From Alloascoidea hylecoeti (taxonomy: Eukaryota): a stretch of 64,000 bases of DNA. A program made the translations under genes and the position numbers. The notes beneath the pieces were generated by a model. That model saw only the letters and a list, made by a program, of their open reading frames with translations. It did not search any database and was not told the DNA's origin. The stretch covers positions 620,001-684,000 of the forward strand of contig BCKZ01000008.1 in the NCBI GenBank assembly GCA_001600815.1, given 5' to 3'. The first letter of the stretch is position 1. Each line of letters starts with the position of its first letter. Of the stretch, positions 1-12,881 are shown one piece after another.

Positions 1-23
1 TTTTCCTTTCTTTAATAATATAG

Positions 24-1157
24 AATGAGTTTCCAATGCTTGATTCAGAATCCATATCAACCGTACTAGCCTATCATACAATCAAAACAATTAAAGAACT
101 CAAATTGATCGATCCTACTATAAATATTTTTGATAAATCAACTATTAAGATTATTTTTGATAATGTTGAGTTGAAATCAATTAGGCAAGATTTGAATGAA
201 TTTCAAAATCATAAGTTGTTGGTTATTGGTTTGGAGGATATTCAGTTGAAAAATGTTAATGGTGATGGTGGTGCTAAAAGTAATAATGTAAAGGATAGTT
301 GCGATCGAGCGAATAATAGGAATTCATTGAAGTTGAATGGACTTTCAATTAATGAATCAGAAATCGTCCAAAATAATAATGATGATGTCTATGGATCTAA
401 ATATAAGGATGATAAAGAAGAGGAAGTTTTGGTTTCAAACTCTCCTTTTCAAATATTGGATCCCAATTACAAAAAGCCAACGTTAAATGATAGTAGCAAA
501 CTTAGGAAAAAAGCTTTAGAGTCAATGAATTCTAATATTAATATTAACGATAAAGATTGGGTAACAGTTAAAAAATCGCAATCAGCTGCAAAAAAAGTAT
601 CAACTACTTTAGATAATGATATAATCAAGTCTAATTTAAACAAATCAAATGAATTATTCAACCAATGGTCAATTAAATATGATAACATTTTACAAAATAT
701 GGATTATAACTCATTACCAGTAGTTCCTCCACATACAACAATTGATTTACATCATTTATCTGTTAAAAATACCAAAATAATTATGAATAAAATCCTTGAT
801 ATTTGGTGGTTAAAAGAGAAAGAGAATCGAGATATTTATAAAATTAGAAATGTAACTAAACTTTTTATCATCACTGGAAAAGGGAATCATTCTAAAGATG
901 GGAAATCAAAAATTAAAACTCATGTTCAAAAATTATTGAAAGGTCTGAATTTTAGATATAATTTGACGACTGATGGAGGTTGTTTTATAATTTATGATAA
1001 ATATATTGAGCGTAACTATAAAAATAATTACAACTACAATTATAGCAACAATAATACTAGCAATGATGAGGTACCGGCTTATTATGATCAGGATGGGGTA
1101 CCGATTTATGATCCTGATTCCAGTTCATCTGATTATGTATATGACCCATGGAGTTAA
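24..1157 (+). CDS. CUE2: Smr-domain endonuclease, CUE2-like (no-go decay); last exon only, gene starts upstream of the window
   Basis: C-terminal Smr motifs TIDLHHLSV and LFIITGKGNHSKDGKSKIK. The window opens with a pyrimidine tract and TAG acceptor (21-23), followed by in-frame NEFPML. Confidence 0.65.
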   Translation, partial: NEFPMLDSESISTVLAYHTIKTIKELKLIDPTINIFDKSTIKIIFDNVELKSIRQDLNEFQNHKLLVIGLEDIQLKNVNGDGGAKSNNVKDSCDRANNRNSLKLNGLSINESEIVQNNNDDVYGSKYKDDKEEEVLVSNSPFQILDPNYKKPTLNDSSKLRKKALESMNSNININDKDWVTVKKSQSAAKKVSTTLDNDIIKSNLNKSNELFNQWSIKYDNILQNMDYNSLPVVPPHTTIDLHHLSVKNTKIIMNKILDIWWLKEKENRDIYKIRNVTKLFIITGKGNHSKDGKSKIKTHVQKLLKGLNFRYNLTTDGGCFIIYDKYIERNYKNNYNYNYSNNNTSNDEVPAYYDQDGVPIYDPDSSSSDYVYDPWS

Positions 1158-1474
1158 GTCATTTCATTTTTTTAAATTTCTTTATTTTGGCCAAGGCATA
1201 ACATAATTATGGTCATAATCTAGTATATAAGTATAAAATATAAAATAATAATTGTATTAAAGAAGGAGGTTTATAAATATATCATAGTTAGTAGGTAACA
1301 CAACCGTGACAACCGACTTGACGTATATGCAGTTTTACATCCTTCGCGTTTTCCAACATCACCACCTTTCAAAACAACACTTCTACCTATTCCCCAGATC
1401 TCCTCCATATAAGTATATATACAACATTTTTAATTTATTTGTGCATATATATAAATCCTCTTGCTTTGGATAGT

Positions 1475-3330
1475 ATGGATGCATTAAATATAGGAATCAC
1501 TGGTCGCAAAACTGGGCTCAGAATTGAAGATACTGGAGAGAGAGATGAATACGGTATGGAGCCAATGGATGCCTTTTTCTCACCAGATGTTTCTAGGGCA
1601 GAACACAAGGGGAGTACGAAGAAAGGGCTTAGTGGTTCTGGCACCAAAAGGCAAAACTCTCGTGTTGGTATGTCACTTATATATTTCAAATCTTGGTTTT
1701 ATAATTATGCGACGCGTCAACTAGATTTGGGGGATATATATATCAATTGAAAATTTCATAACTAATTAAGAATACATTATAGACGGTGCTACTCCTTCTA
1801 CTCAAAAGAAAAGACAGAAAGATAGTGATAATCTTGCAAGAATTCTTGATTTTAAAAAGCATCCTCAGAATGGTAAAGTATGTTTAAAACTATAAACTTA
1901 ATTATTTATTTATTATTATACAAGCTTATACTAACAATTTATTTTTTCAAAATTTCAGTCTCTATTTGCTTCATATTCAGGTATGTGTATTTCTAGAATT
2001 GAGAGGACTATAAAAGATAAGAAATAATAACAGTATTTTTCTAAAAGGTCAAAATGATGATGATGAACTTCCCGATACACAAGAAATTGATGAATCGGAA
2101 ACTGAACAATTACAGCAACAAAAGCAACGGAAAAAAAAAAGTGCAACACGTTTAAAAGGTCAGACTCCAATTACAAATGGTGCTAGGGGTAGATCTCATC
2201 GTGTAATTACACCTGAACCTGAGCCTGAAAATAGTTATGACGAAGATGATGATGATTATGAGTCAGAACAATCAGACCCTATTATACCAGCTGATGATAT
2301 TCCTTTTAAATTTGGTTTTGGCTCTGATGAAGAAGTTGCGAGAGGAAAGGATGCTGAAGAGGAAGAAGAACCGGTTAAACCGCTACGTAACTCTAGAGCA
2401 AAGAAAAATCCAGCTGCAACTACAACGCGTCGAACAACCAGAAATAATACAAAGGAAGTTACTAAACCTCTAAAAACAACAAGATCAACTGCTAAATCAA
2501 CAGCCCCTATTACCCGGGCTAATGGAAGAGCTAATGGAAAAGCTAGAATTACCAAGAATCCCCTTGCTAACACAACTACGAAATCTGTGACTAAACCAAA
2601 GAAACAAGATGAAAAGAAAGAAATAATCCTGGACGGTCTTCGTCGCTCCTCTCGTCGTAGAATGGAACCTTTAAAATTCTGGAGAGGTGAAAAAGTTGTT
2701 TATCATCTTGAACATGAAGGAAATATGACAATTCCAGATATAGCAGAAGTTGTTCATATCCCATCACCACCACCTCAAGAAAGAAAACCTTATAAAAGAT
2801 ATAGATATAAATCATCTAAAAATCGACGTAAATTTAAAAATGATGATTCAGATGAAAGTGAAGTTGATGAAGAACCAATTAGTGGTACGGAATGGGAAGA
2901 AGTTGGACAATTTGACGCAGAAGTTTTAGATTATCCAAATGAAGATACTAAAGTATCAAGAGTTGTTGCATTTTCTAATAAAAAAATACCTTATAATCAA
3001 GTTAAAAATGCAAATTTTGAATTGGCTATATTATTTGATGAGAATAAAGAATTTACAGCAAGTGGTATGATTAAGATTCCACCTGGTGGAGTTAAATCAA
3101 AGAAATTATCGGGAGATACATATTTTGTATTTTATGTTGTTGAAGGAAGAATTGAAATAACATTAAATGATCAAACATTTGTTTGTAGAAAAGGTGCTTC
3201 TTTTGAAGTCCCAATGGGGAATTTTTATTCATTTGATAATAAATGGAAAAAAGAATGTAAACTGTTTTTTTCACAATCGAAATATATCTTATTAGCTGAT
3301 AGTGATGGAGAAGTAGAAGGGACCCGATGA
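1475..3330 (+). CDS. MIF2: Centromere protein CENP-C/Mif2; exons 1475-1667, 1783-1877, 1959-1980, 2048-3330
   Basis: Mif2 N-terminal motif NIGITGRKTG...RDEYGMEPMDAFFS, CENP-C motif LRRSSRRRMEPLKFWRGEKVVY and a C-terminal cupin. Three GTATGT donors (1668, 1878, 1981) join all exons in frame. An MCB (ACGCGT) lies at 1712 in intron 1. Confidence 0.92.
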
Positions 3331-3665
3331 AGTAAGTATATAAAATGTTAAAAGATATAAACTAAAGTTGATTTGTATAATAAATACCATATCTTATACT
3401 AATTCTTTTAAACTACCCATATTTATAATGTATATAAAAAAAAGCATATGCACAAATATGCAGTTGAGATCAACAAATTTATGTAAAATTATACGAATCA
3501 TGCAATGTCCAAAAGATTATCCAGATTCCAGCTGCTAGTATTGTAATCATTGAAAATTTTTAATATCCGAACATCTTTAAAATTTGGAGATTCCCAACAG
3601 ATTTTCAGCCACACAACGGCACGTGTACTTCCCAACCACGGCTGGAGAATATAATGATTGACTGA

Positions 3666-4964
3666 TTATTTACTTGGCAATGGTTTAACGCCGATATTAT
3701 TGGTGTTTCTGAACATCAAAACGTGATTACCGCCATTACCACTTCCATCAGGTTCAACGAATTGACAGCTTCTTGCAGTTTTATATAAACTAACAAGCAT
3801 ATTTTCACCGTTATATTTATAATGTTTACCCATTACTTTTTTAATTTCTTTTGTTCCTTCACGGCCATTATAAAAAGGTATGCGTGATACGTAATGATGT
3901 AAAACATGGGTTTCAATGATATCATGAAAGATGTGCTTACCAATGAATCCAAAATCTCTATCGATTGTGGCAGCGGCTCCAATAGCAAAATTCCAAACTT
4001 CTGATTCATAGTGTGACATTGATGGATCAGTATGTTGTAAATAGGTAATAAAGACCAGCCAATGATTAACTCCAATCCATGGTAAAATATAATGAATTAT
4101 CATATTAGCAGCTCCAAAAGCTTCAAAACCTTTATAAACTGCATATCCATTAAGTAACACACCAATATCTGATAGAACAATATTCCAATATTCTCCTTTG
4201 AAATACAATGGTGATGATGGAACAAAATGATTAATCTTCCATTTAGGAACATTAGGATATTTTTTACCACTTGTAACGTCCGTAAATAAATACAATAACC
4301 AACCGACCAATTGTTGAGCGATTAGCCAAAATAAAGTAACTATTGGTGTATCAGCAGTAACTTCTTCGATTTTGCTTGTTTGATGATATTCTAAAAATTC
4401 TTCTCTTGTTTTAGGGACAAAAACCATATCTCTTGTCATATGACCAGTTGATTTATGATGTCTACTATGGCTATACTTCCAGGAAAAATAAGGAACAAAT
4501 AATGATGAATGTAATATCCAACCAACCGTATCGTTCAATACGGGATAATCAGAGAAAGCTCCATGACCACACTCATGAGCAAGAACCCAAATACCTGTAC
4601 CTTGTAAACCTTGGATGATAACATAAGCAGTCCATAATGCAATACGAGCAGCAACAGATTGGACTTTTGGAATGTTATAGATGGCTAAAAGACCAACTCC
4701 AATAATACAGAAAAGGTCTCTTGCAACGTAGCCTAAAGACCTTATTGCGGAACGTTTATAACATTTTGCGGGAATTGCAGAAAGAATATCCTTAATTGTG
4801 AAATCAGGAACAACGAAATCATTACCAAGAGTATCAATGTGAACAGTACCAGCAGCAGGAGACTGACCTGTTTTCAAAGCACCAGTGCTTTTTTTACCAT
4901 CGACGTTGGCATTTGGGAGGGTTTGTGAACCGGAAGCGGCACCAGTAGAGATTGCTGTTGCCAT
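3666..4964 (-). CDS. FAD2: Delta-12 (omega-6) fatty acid desaturase
   Basis: Three His boxes HECGH, HSRHH, HVLHH; PDFTIKDILSAIP motif; IPFYN. Delta-12 versus omega-3 specificity is inferred. Confidence 0.88.
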   Translation of the reverse strand: MATAISTGAASGSQTLPNANVDGKKSTGALKTGQSPAAGTVHIDTLGNDFVVPDFTIKDILSAIPAKCYKRSAIRSLGYVARDLFCIIGVGLLAIYNIPKVQSVAARIALWTAYVIIQGLQGTGIWVLAHECGHGAFSDYPVLNDTVGWILHSSLFVPYFSWKYSHSRHHKSTGHMTRDMVFVPKTREEFLEYHQTSKIEEVTADTPIVTLFWLIAQQLVGWLLYLFTDVTSGKKYPNVPKWKINHFVPSSPLYFKGEYWNIVLSDIGVLLNGYAVYKGFEAFGAANMIIHYILPWIGVNHWLVFITYLQHTDPSMSHYESEVWNFAIGAAATIDRDFGFIGKHIFHDIIETHVLHHYVSRIPFYNGREGTKEIKKVMGKHYKYNGENMLVSLYKTARSCQFVEPDGSGNGGNHVLMFRNTNNIGVKPLPSK

Positions 4965-5521
4965 TTTTTCTTCTGACGGTTGTGATTTTCAAAAAACAAG
5001 AAGAGAAAAAAAATTAGAAAAGGTGTGGAAATCCGATTTTTTATAGTAACGGACCTGTATCAATCAGAGAACAAAACAAATAAACTGTCAAGATAATAAT
5101 TTTTTTCCTCGCTCGCAATCGGAGTTATCAGGGTAAGAAAAAATATATTAACAGCCAATAAGATTTAAAGTTTACCTGGTGGAAAATTAGTCAGAATTGG
5201 GGGCAAGGTTGTATTACGAGGCTGCAGACAAACATATACGACGTAGGATGAGATTTACGTAATGCGGGATATTGTGAGCACGGTATGCACATAATTGGTT
5301 GGGAGCAAAACGTGCATAATCCCCTCTAATTAGATTTGTAGTATTAATACAACATTTATACTGTATACAAAATTATGCTGGTATTTAGACTTCTCAACTT
5401 TTCTCCCTCCGCACTCTACAAATCTCTGATTTTTGGGTTCCTTGTTCTCTCCTTAATATATTTCCACTTATTATATAATAACCTCAATTCCTCGAATTCC
5501 TCTTCCTCATCTTCTGTACAA

Positions 5522-6457
5522 ATGCCTGAAGCTTCAACTACTATAGAAAAGAAACCAATTAATTTCTCAAATATCCTGCTTGGTGCAGGCCTCAATATGT
5601 TTGAGGTTACGACCCTTGGTCAACCTCTCGAAGTCACAAAAACCACGATGGCGGCCAATCGAAATCTGTCGTTCGCTCAATCCATCAAAACAGTATGGTC
5701 TCGTGGTGGTCCTCTGGGTTTTTATCAGGGCCTTATCCCCTGGGCTTGGGTTGAGGCCTCAACGAAAGGCGCTGTACTACTTTTTGTTTCTTCAGAAGTC
5801 GAATACCATGCCAGCACTTTGGGATTAGGTGGTTTTGCCGCGGGTATTAGTGGTGGTGTCCTTGGAGGTCTAGCCCAGGCGTATTTAACAATGGGGTTTT
5901 GTACTTGTATGAAGACAGTCGAGATAACGCGATCTAAGGTTGACCTGTCAACGGGGGAAAAGCCAAAATCTACTTTTAAAGTATTTCAAGACATTTGGTC
6001 AAAAGAAGGTATAAGAGGTATAAATAAAGGTGTTAATGCGGTCGCTATTAGACAAATGACAAATTGGGGTTCAAGATTTGGTTTAGCAAGATTAGCAGAA
6101 TCTTCAATTCGTTCAGTTACAAATAAAACTAATAATGAAAAGTTAGGTTTTTTCGAAAAAATATTAGCTAGTGTTATTGGTGGTGGCTTATCAGCGTGGA
6201 ATCAACCAATTGAAGTCATCAGGGTTGAGATGCAATCAAAAACAAATGATCCTTCAAGACCTAAAAACTTGACAGTTTTGAAAACTTTTAATTATATTTT
6301 GAAAACTAATGGAATTAAAGGTTTGTATAGAGGCGTTGTACCAAGGATTGGTTTAGGTGTTTGGCAAACTGTTTGCATGGTTGGATTAGGAGATGTTGCT
6401 AAACAATGGGTGGTAAGAATTACTGGTGATACTTCAGCTGTTAAAATGGGGCATTAG
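5522..6457 (+). CDS. YHM2: Mitochondrial citrate/oxoglutarate carrier
   Basis: MPEAST..EKKPINFSNILLGAGLN, QGLIPWAWVEASTKG, RQMTNWGSRFG. The likely start is the ATG at 5522, not 5375. Confidence 0.93.
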   Translation: MPEASTTIEKKPINFSNILLGAGLNMFEVTTLGQPLEVTKTTMAANRNLSFAQSIKTVWSRGGPLGFYQGLIPWAWVEASTKGAVLLFVSSEVEYHASTLGLGGFAAGISGGVLGGLAQAYLTMGFCTCMKTVEITRSKVDLSTGEKPKSTFKVFQDIWSKEGIRGINKGVNAVAIRQMTNWGSRFGLARLAESSIRSVTNKTNNEKLGFFEKILASVIGGGLSAWNQPIEVIRVEMQSKTNDPSRPKNLTVLKTFNYILKTNGIKGLYRGVVPRIGLGVWQTVCMVGLGDVAKQWVVRITGDTSAVKMGH

Positions 6458-6909
6458 ATTTAAAATCGATATATAAAGCATATAAATTACATCGATATCA
6501 TATCTATCCATATATATATCTATATCCAACCAATGTTTACAAATGCAACGTTAACAGTACTATGTTTCCAAACCTGATCATGATAATTATGAGTGAATTT
6601 TATATTGGAATTAATATTGTTGAATTACTAAAATTAGAGTTGCATATAATAAGTAATATTATTTATTAATCTATTTATTTATTTATTTATCTATTTTTTT
6701 ATTTTTTTATTTTACGTTTAAACCTATTTCTATTCTTCATCTATTTATTTCACTGATGTGTATTTATCTAATTTTAAGTGTAAAGAGAAATTAGAAATAA
6801 AAATAGATGTGAAGATTGAAGGTTTGGATTAATATTAATATTGAGATGAGATGAGGATTCGATTATGCATATTATGCTTGTAGGATTACAGGCGCTAATT
6901 ATATATTAA

Positions 6910-7017
6910 GGTCTGACCTCCAGGTCCCAACTACGCCACCACAACCGGGGAGCTCGGGGGGAACGGGATGCCCAGTCAGCATCAGGGGCTACTCAGGGGT
7001 CTTCCAGTTGGGCCTTC
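6910..7017. other. GC-rich island with terminal inverted arms and STRE/Mig1-like G-runs
   Basis: About 110 bp GC-rich block in very AT-rich DNA. AGGTCCCAACT (6922) is complementary to AGTTGGGCCT (7006). Contains AGGGG twice and CCGGGG. Confidence 0.4.
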
Positions 7018-7443
7018 CATTAATTTAATTATAAAAACCCAATGCAAATGTCATTAATATTGTTTTCTGGTGTTATTTAATTTCAAATCTAATATTAATT
7101 TAAATTTGAAAGCTGTATCAATATTAATTTATGTATTCATAAATTTAATGATCTACATATTATATTGATATTTATACTTTCTTTTTCATTTTTTTTTTTG
7201 GCTGGTTGGTATTAATGAAATCTTATGGATATTAAATTTCTAATTCTCTGTTTATGTCTTAATGTTTAATTATTGAAGAAACAAAAAATTAGGTCCAAAA
7301 GACACAAAAACGAGGTTCTAAAACTACTTACATTCGAAAATACTGGTCTAAAATACATACGATAAAGAAAGGCATCAATACAAAAAAAAAAAAGTACAAT
7401 AAATTCATTAGTGGTTGTTTATATACAAAATATTATTATCTAA

Positions 7444-9957
7444 ATGAATATGACTCCTGAAACTCCTTATGACAAGTTTGATTACGATCATGGGTTTGTG
7501 TCTATGGTAAATCATAATCATTATCAATCTTTTTTGATTGATGATCCTTCTAATCAAAATTATTCTTCATCTTCTTCATCTTCTTCTTCATCTACTGATA
7601 CGAATACTAATACTATTACTACTACAACTACAAATTTGAATAAATTTAAAACTATTTCTTCTCCAATAGTAAGTCTACCAACGGAATTATTAAGTCAAAT
7701 AATAATCCATTTAACTATTCATGAATTCTATAATTTATCAATAACTTGTAAAAGTTTATTTGTTTTGTTTAATGATATTCATAATGATTTTGATTACTTA
7801 TTTGAAAATACAATCCATAATGTCGATCCTTTAGTCTCTGAATATAACTGGTCTGTTGCTGATAATGATATTGATGATGAGTATATTTCAAAGTGTAATT
7901 ATAAACCAAATTTTAAATCAAAGTCTAAAGCAATATCTTGGAAATCAATAGCAAAACAATATTTTAAAGTATCTACATCTTTAAACTGTCATTCAAAACA
8001 ACCTTTGAATATAATGAGAACTCTATTTAACAACAGCGATAACAATAATATTAATAATAGCAATGATGAAATAATAGAAATTAAAATGAACGATTTAACT
8101 CCTTTAAATACTTCATCATCAGGTAGAATAATTGGATCAATATTAGATGAATCAATAATCAATTATACAAACAGTACAATATATGATGAACCATTTCAAC
8201 TACCTAAAGCACAAATTATATCAAAATTTCATGATTATAAATTATATGTATTAAGACCTATAACTATTGATAATAATAATTTTATTTTTAATTCTGTTTT
8301 GGATTGTAGAACAGTTATTGATGTTAAAGAAGGTTGTATTGGTCATATTAATTCAAATGCTTATGGTAATATAAATACAACCGTAACTAATGAAAATGAT
8401 ATAGTAGAAAAAGAAAAAAAAGATTCAAATTTATTACTTAAATATTTCCCAGGTTTATATAAAGGTAGTAATTATTTAACTGGTAATGATAGATGGCATC
8501 TTGGTCTAAGTTATGTTTATCCATGGAAATTAGATATTAACAATCATCCAAATTTTATTATTAATATTGGTACTTTTGGTTCAAAATTTAATTGGAAATT
8601 TAATAAACCTTTAAATTTAGGAGTTAGAAAAGCTCCTATAATATGTACTTATGGTGATAAATTATATTGCTTTCATTTTAAAACTGAAAATGACGGTTGT
8701 TTAGTTTGTTATAGAAGAAGTGAATTTAATGAAAATGAACAAATTTTAAAAGAAAAACATCAAAACAAAAAACAAAAGCAAAAACAAAAACAAAATGAAA
8801 ATGAAAATGAAGAAGATGAAACTCCTTCAATATTACAATGGGAAACCTCATTTAAATTTAATGATTACTCATATATTACAATATTAAAAATGATACCACA
8901 TAAATACTTTATATTTGCACTTATTGGTTTAATCACATCATCAACAATTGAAGAACACATGAATAATAGTCCAGAAAATGAAATACAAGATCTTAGAGTT
9001 ATGGTATTCATAAGAAAAAATGGTAAATTTATTGGCGCTTATGATATTTATAGTGATACTTCAATATTTGATTTTTCAAAATATAGTATTGATTTAACTC
9101 CAACTCATATTTTTTTACATGAACAACAACAACAAATTGATAATGATAATGATAATGATAATAATTTAAATAATTATAACCATGTTGTTAAATTTATGAA
9201 AATTACAGACTTTTTAGGATGTTTAAATGAATATCATTTTAAAGATATCATATCAACAAATAATTATGGTTATAATTTAAAGAATAAGAGTAAAATGGAT
9301 GATAAATATATACCTATACCATATGGTGAAAGAATATTTGAAGGGATAAAACGGAAAGGTATTGATAATAATAATAATAATAATAATGGAAATTGGTTAT
9401 CATTTATAATATCAACAAATTATTTATATTCCCTAAAAACCATTATTTATAATCAATATTTTATTGCATATTTTTGGATATCCAAAACTGATTCAAGGTA
9501 TTTATCAAATTTGAATGAAAATAATCAAGAAAATCTACGAAGACCATCTATAACTTCTTTAATATCAAATGGGAATATTAACAGGAATAATATATCAGAT
9601 CTAGGTACAGAATACTGGACTATAAAACAACCACACTCAAATTCAGAAAAAAACTATAGAAATATTAATATTAATGAAAATAATAATCAATTTGAAATTC
9701 AAAATAATATTGAAAATGATGAAAATAAATTAATAAATTATTCAATAATATATAACATGGAAACAAAACAAATTAAAAAATATAAAAATTCATCATCACA
9801 TTTTAATAAAGTCACTATATTTGATGATAAGTTAAATGCATATAGTGTATCAATGGATTTTATTGATAATCTAATTAGTAATAAAAATTCTAATAATAAT
9901 AAATCTATGGAGATGGAAATAGAAATGATTTCTGAATTTAATTTAAGAAAAACTTAA
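7444..9957 (+). CDS. F-box protein, Asn-rich, divergent C-terminus
   Basis: 837 aa ORF with F-box SLPTELLSQIIIHLTIHEFYNLSITCKSL and poly-N/S/T tracts. Confidence 0.75.
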   Translation: MNMTPETPYDKFDYDHGFVSMVNHNHYQSFLIDDPSNQNYSSSSSSSSSSTDTNTNTITTTTTNLNKFKTISSPIVSLPTELLSQIIIHLTIHEFYNLSITCKSLFVLFNDIHNDFDYLFENTIHNVDPLVSEYNWSVADNDIDDEYISKCNYKPNFKSKSKAISWKSIAKQYFKVSTSLNCHSKQPLNIMRTLFNNSDNNNINNSNDEIIEIKMNDLTPLNTSSSGRIIGSILDESIINYTNSTIYDEPFQLPKAQIISKFHDYKLYVLRPITIDNNNFIFNSVLDCRTVIDVKEGCIGHINSNAYGNINTTVTNENDIVEKEKKDSNLLLKYFPGLYKGSNYLTGNDRWHLGLSYVYPWKLDINNHPNFIINIGTFGSKFNWKFNKPLNLGVRKAPIICTYGDKLYCFHFKTENDGCLVCYRRSEFNENEQILKEKHQNKKQKQKQKQNENENEEDETPSILQWETSFKFNDYSYITILKMIPHKYFIFALIGLITSSTIEEHMNNSPENEIQDLRVMVFIRKNGKFIGAYDIYSDTSIFDFSKYSIDLTPTHIFLHEQQQQIDNDNDNDNNLNNYNHVVKFMKITDFLGCLNEYHFKDIISTNNYGYNLKNKSKMDDKYIPIPYGERIFEGIKRKGIDNNNNNNNGNWLSFIISTNYLYSLKTIIYNQYFIAYFWISKTDSRYLSNLNENNQENLRRPSITSLISNGNINRNNISDLGTEYWTIKQPHSNSEKNYRNININENNNQFEIQNNIENDENKLINYSIIYNMETKQIKKYKNSSSHFNKVTIFDDKLNAYSVSMDFIDNLISNKNSNNNKSMEMEIEMISEFNLRKT

Positions 9958-10750
9958 AAAGACTTAATACATACTGCAAGTAGTTTTTGGACAAGATTGA
10001 AGATAAAGTTTTACTCGTTTATTTATCTATTTATTTGTTATATAATAATTGCATTTGGGACAATAAAAGTATAAATTTTGATTAGTTTAGCATTTATGTA
10101 GTTATAATTTTATAAATAACTAGTTGATTTGATCATGAATAGATTTAGTCATGTAATACAAATATCAATTTGAATCGTTATAATTGTGAATTTAAAGCAA
10201 ATCGACATTTGTACTGATAGGAATTCCTGCAATTGTCTATAAAATGAATATTGACCTTTTTCTTATCAGAAAAAAACGGTCAGGAAGTACAAGAACAATT
10301 CGTGTACATTTAAAATTTCGTGTAATTTGTTTTACTGTTAACTATATCTGATTATTTAGTTAACACTAAAAAACAAATACGATCATTAACTGAAATTGTA
10401 GAACTTACAAGTATTGAAATATTCATGCAGATGTAGATCTGGATATAAAGTGCTTGACAGTAAACGAATAATGTTGCAAAAGGAAGTCTAGTGAACAGAT
10501 TGTTTTCGTAATAGGTGCTAACAACAAATCGATTGTTACGCGAATTATGATAGCACCGTTGTCAATCTAATTGCATTCTATCTAGCGACTACATTATACT
10601 CTCGTCAATTGCATTGGCATTCTTATAATAATAAGGATTTAAAGAATTTTATTTTATATAAATAATACTAATGTATTTGTTTATTCTATTTCCAATATAT
10701 AAAAATTTGCTAATTCAATGAGAACTATTAATTGTTAATAGTATCTTGAT

Positions 10751-12058
10751 TTATCTTGGCCCAAGCTTAGTCAAAATACGTGCACCCTGTTCTTCCCACT
10801 CTTGTTTTGAAATCCACATTTGATCTTTATCACTCATAATGTTAGCTAATACAGCTCCACCTAAGAAAACCATATGTCGTCTTCTTGGAGGATCCTCAAT
10901 TCTAACTTTAAATTTGTTTAACCTTGTTGGGTCTCCATGTAAGATTTTGGTTAACCATAGCTGTTTAAGTTCCTTCTCTAGTCGGGAGGGAAGACCGGGA
11001 TACATACTAGATCCACCACTTAAAACAATGGCTTTGTATAAAGAAGATCGAACATCGACATCTGCTGCCTGAATTGTATTAAATAACAATTCCGCAACAC
11101 CGGGTTGTTCTACATCAACAAGACTTGGTTGAAATAAACATTCTGGAGCCTCGTATCTCTCGGGTCCAATTTTAACAGTTCTTCCATCAGGTAATTCATA
11201 AGTTTCAACAAGAACAGTTGTCTCTTCTGCTAATTTCTTATCTAATTCCAAGTCGTAAGAAACATAACAGCACTTCTCTTTGATTTGTCTTATAGTCTCA
11301 AAGTCCGCAGTTCTATTGAAGGCGTATCCACGTCTTAGTAATAGATTGATCAATTGCTTTGTAACATCTCTACCGGCTACATCTAGCCTTCTAGTCAAAT
11401 GGTTTAGAACAACTGATTCGTATACAGGTACAACGTGTGTAACACCATCACCGGAATCCACAACAACACCAGACGATAACCCTTGAGCATATAAAGCTAA
11501 GACAGCCTGAATTGCAACGTATACGCCACCAAACCCATATCTGTCAAACATAACCTCACACATTTGTTCTCTATTCTTGAGAGGGTTCATTGGTGGTTCA
11601 GTTAAGAGAATTTTACGACCACGAGGATCTATCTTCATTCTATCAAAAAAAGCATAGTCCCAGAGATGGGTCATATCTTCCCAATTCTTGATGATACCAT
11701 TTTCCATCTATCCGACTTGTTAATAATTGATATAAAGCCACTGTATTAATCATAAACTAGTTTACTTACAGGATATGATACTTGAAGCATATTACGGACC
11801 GCACTGGCCTCATCACCACACATTATATCTTTAATTTCGACATCTCCGCTTCTTTCTTCTGCTCTGAGAATTGGACGGCCTACAAGTGAAGGGAAGGTAT
11901 GATCAGGGAAGTTGGTCCCGCCACGGCCGATTTTAACAAAACCAGTACCTTGATCAAGAACTAGAAGGTATGTTAGATCCAAGACAGAATAAGACTATTA
12001 GGGTGATGAAGACATCAAACATTTAGTTAATTGACCTACCAATTGGTTGTTCTGCCAT
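10751..12058 (-). CDS. ARP2: Actin-related protein 2; exons 12058-12040, 11960-11770, 11707-10751
   Basis: [18 protein letters not shown]...YP/MENGII and [14 protein letters not shown]. Donors GTAGGT (12039) and GTAAGT (11769). Confidence 0.96.
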
Positions 12059-12315
12059 ATTTAGTAGAGATGGTTTAATAGTGATGGTGCTGGCAGGAAA
12101 GGAGGTGACTTTTTGAGGCCGGGTAAATCGATTGATTAATGATATAATTACACACACAAAAGGGAAAAAATATATATCTTATACAAATGTTAATATTAAT
12201 ATCAGTTAAAACCTTCTGAAAAATCCTGTGAAAATCATTACAATTATCTTCATCAATATTAGTTATAACAGCGAAGTTATAGCAGCCAGTATTAGTGCTG
12301 GTGTTGGTGCTAATA

Positions 12316-12881
12316 CTAATATAGATCCGTCTTTGAAAAGTCGGAAATGAGTCCTAATTTTTTAAATTTTTTATTCTTCAATTTCTCTTTTGCTATTCTT
12401 TCCTCATTCTTTTCTTTGCTTATCTGTTGAGCTTGTTCGAAAGGTATTTGTGTTAATGAATCCAATGGCTCATCTTCTTTGTCAATATCAACTTCTCCCA
12501 TCAATGCAACATTTTCTCCCCGAATTAAATATACTCCTCTGTATATTTCTCCATAACTCTTATCACAGTATATTCTCTCCGTTGCATCCTGTAAAATTAG
12601 ATTTGCTGAAGTAGTTTATGTAAGTTAACATGCTTTCGTTATTTAGTAGATTACACAAACATACCATATTGATCGAAAGACCGTAGCGCACCGAATAAAT
12701 GACGTCCATCCCGTAGCAAGACAAATATTTTCTCTAGAGATCAAATTCAGTTAGCATCAATGCAAGTTCGGGTTAAAGAAAGAAAAAGCGTACTATCAAC
12801 AAATCCAACGATCGCAGCTACAGTTGTAAAGGCATACGATTGTAAATTGAGATCTTCAATTCCCTGGTTCACTTGATCCAT
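12316..12881 (-). CDS. LSM1: Sm-like protein Lsm1; exons 12881-12794, 12733-12665, 12605-12316
   Basis: Spliced product AFTTVAAIVGFVD/KKIFVLLRDGRHLFGALRSFDQY/ANLILQD...YLIRGENVALMGEVDIDKED. Donors GTACGC and GTATGT. Mostly missed by the ORF track. Confidence 0.93.

Noticed and set aside
5375..5521. Hydrophobic N-terminal extension of YHM2
   Set aside because: Homology begins at the ATG at 5522; the upstream part reads as a pyrimidine-rich promoter/5'UTR.
5522..5730. Alternative genetic code (CUG-Ser/Ala)
   Set aside because: CTG codons fall at conserved Leu positions in YHM2 (NILLG, GPLGF), supporting the standard code.
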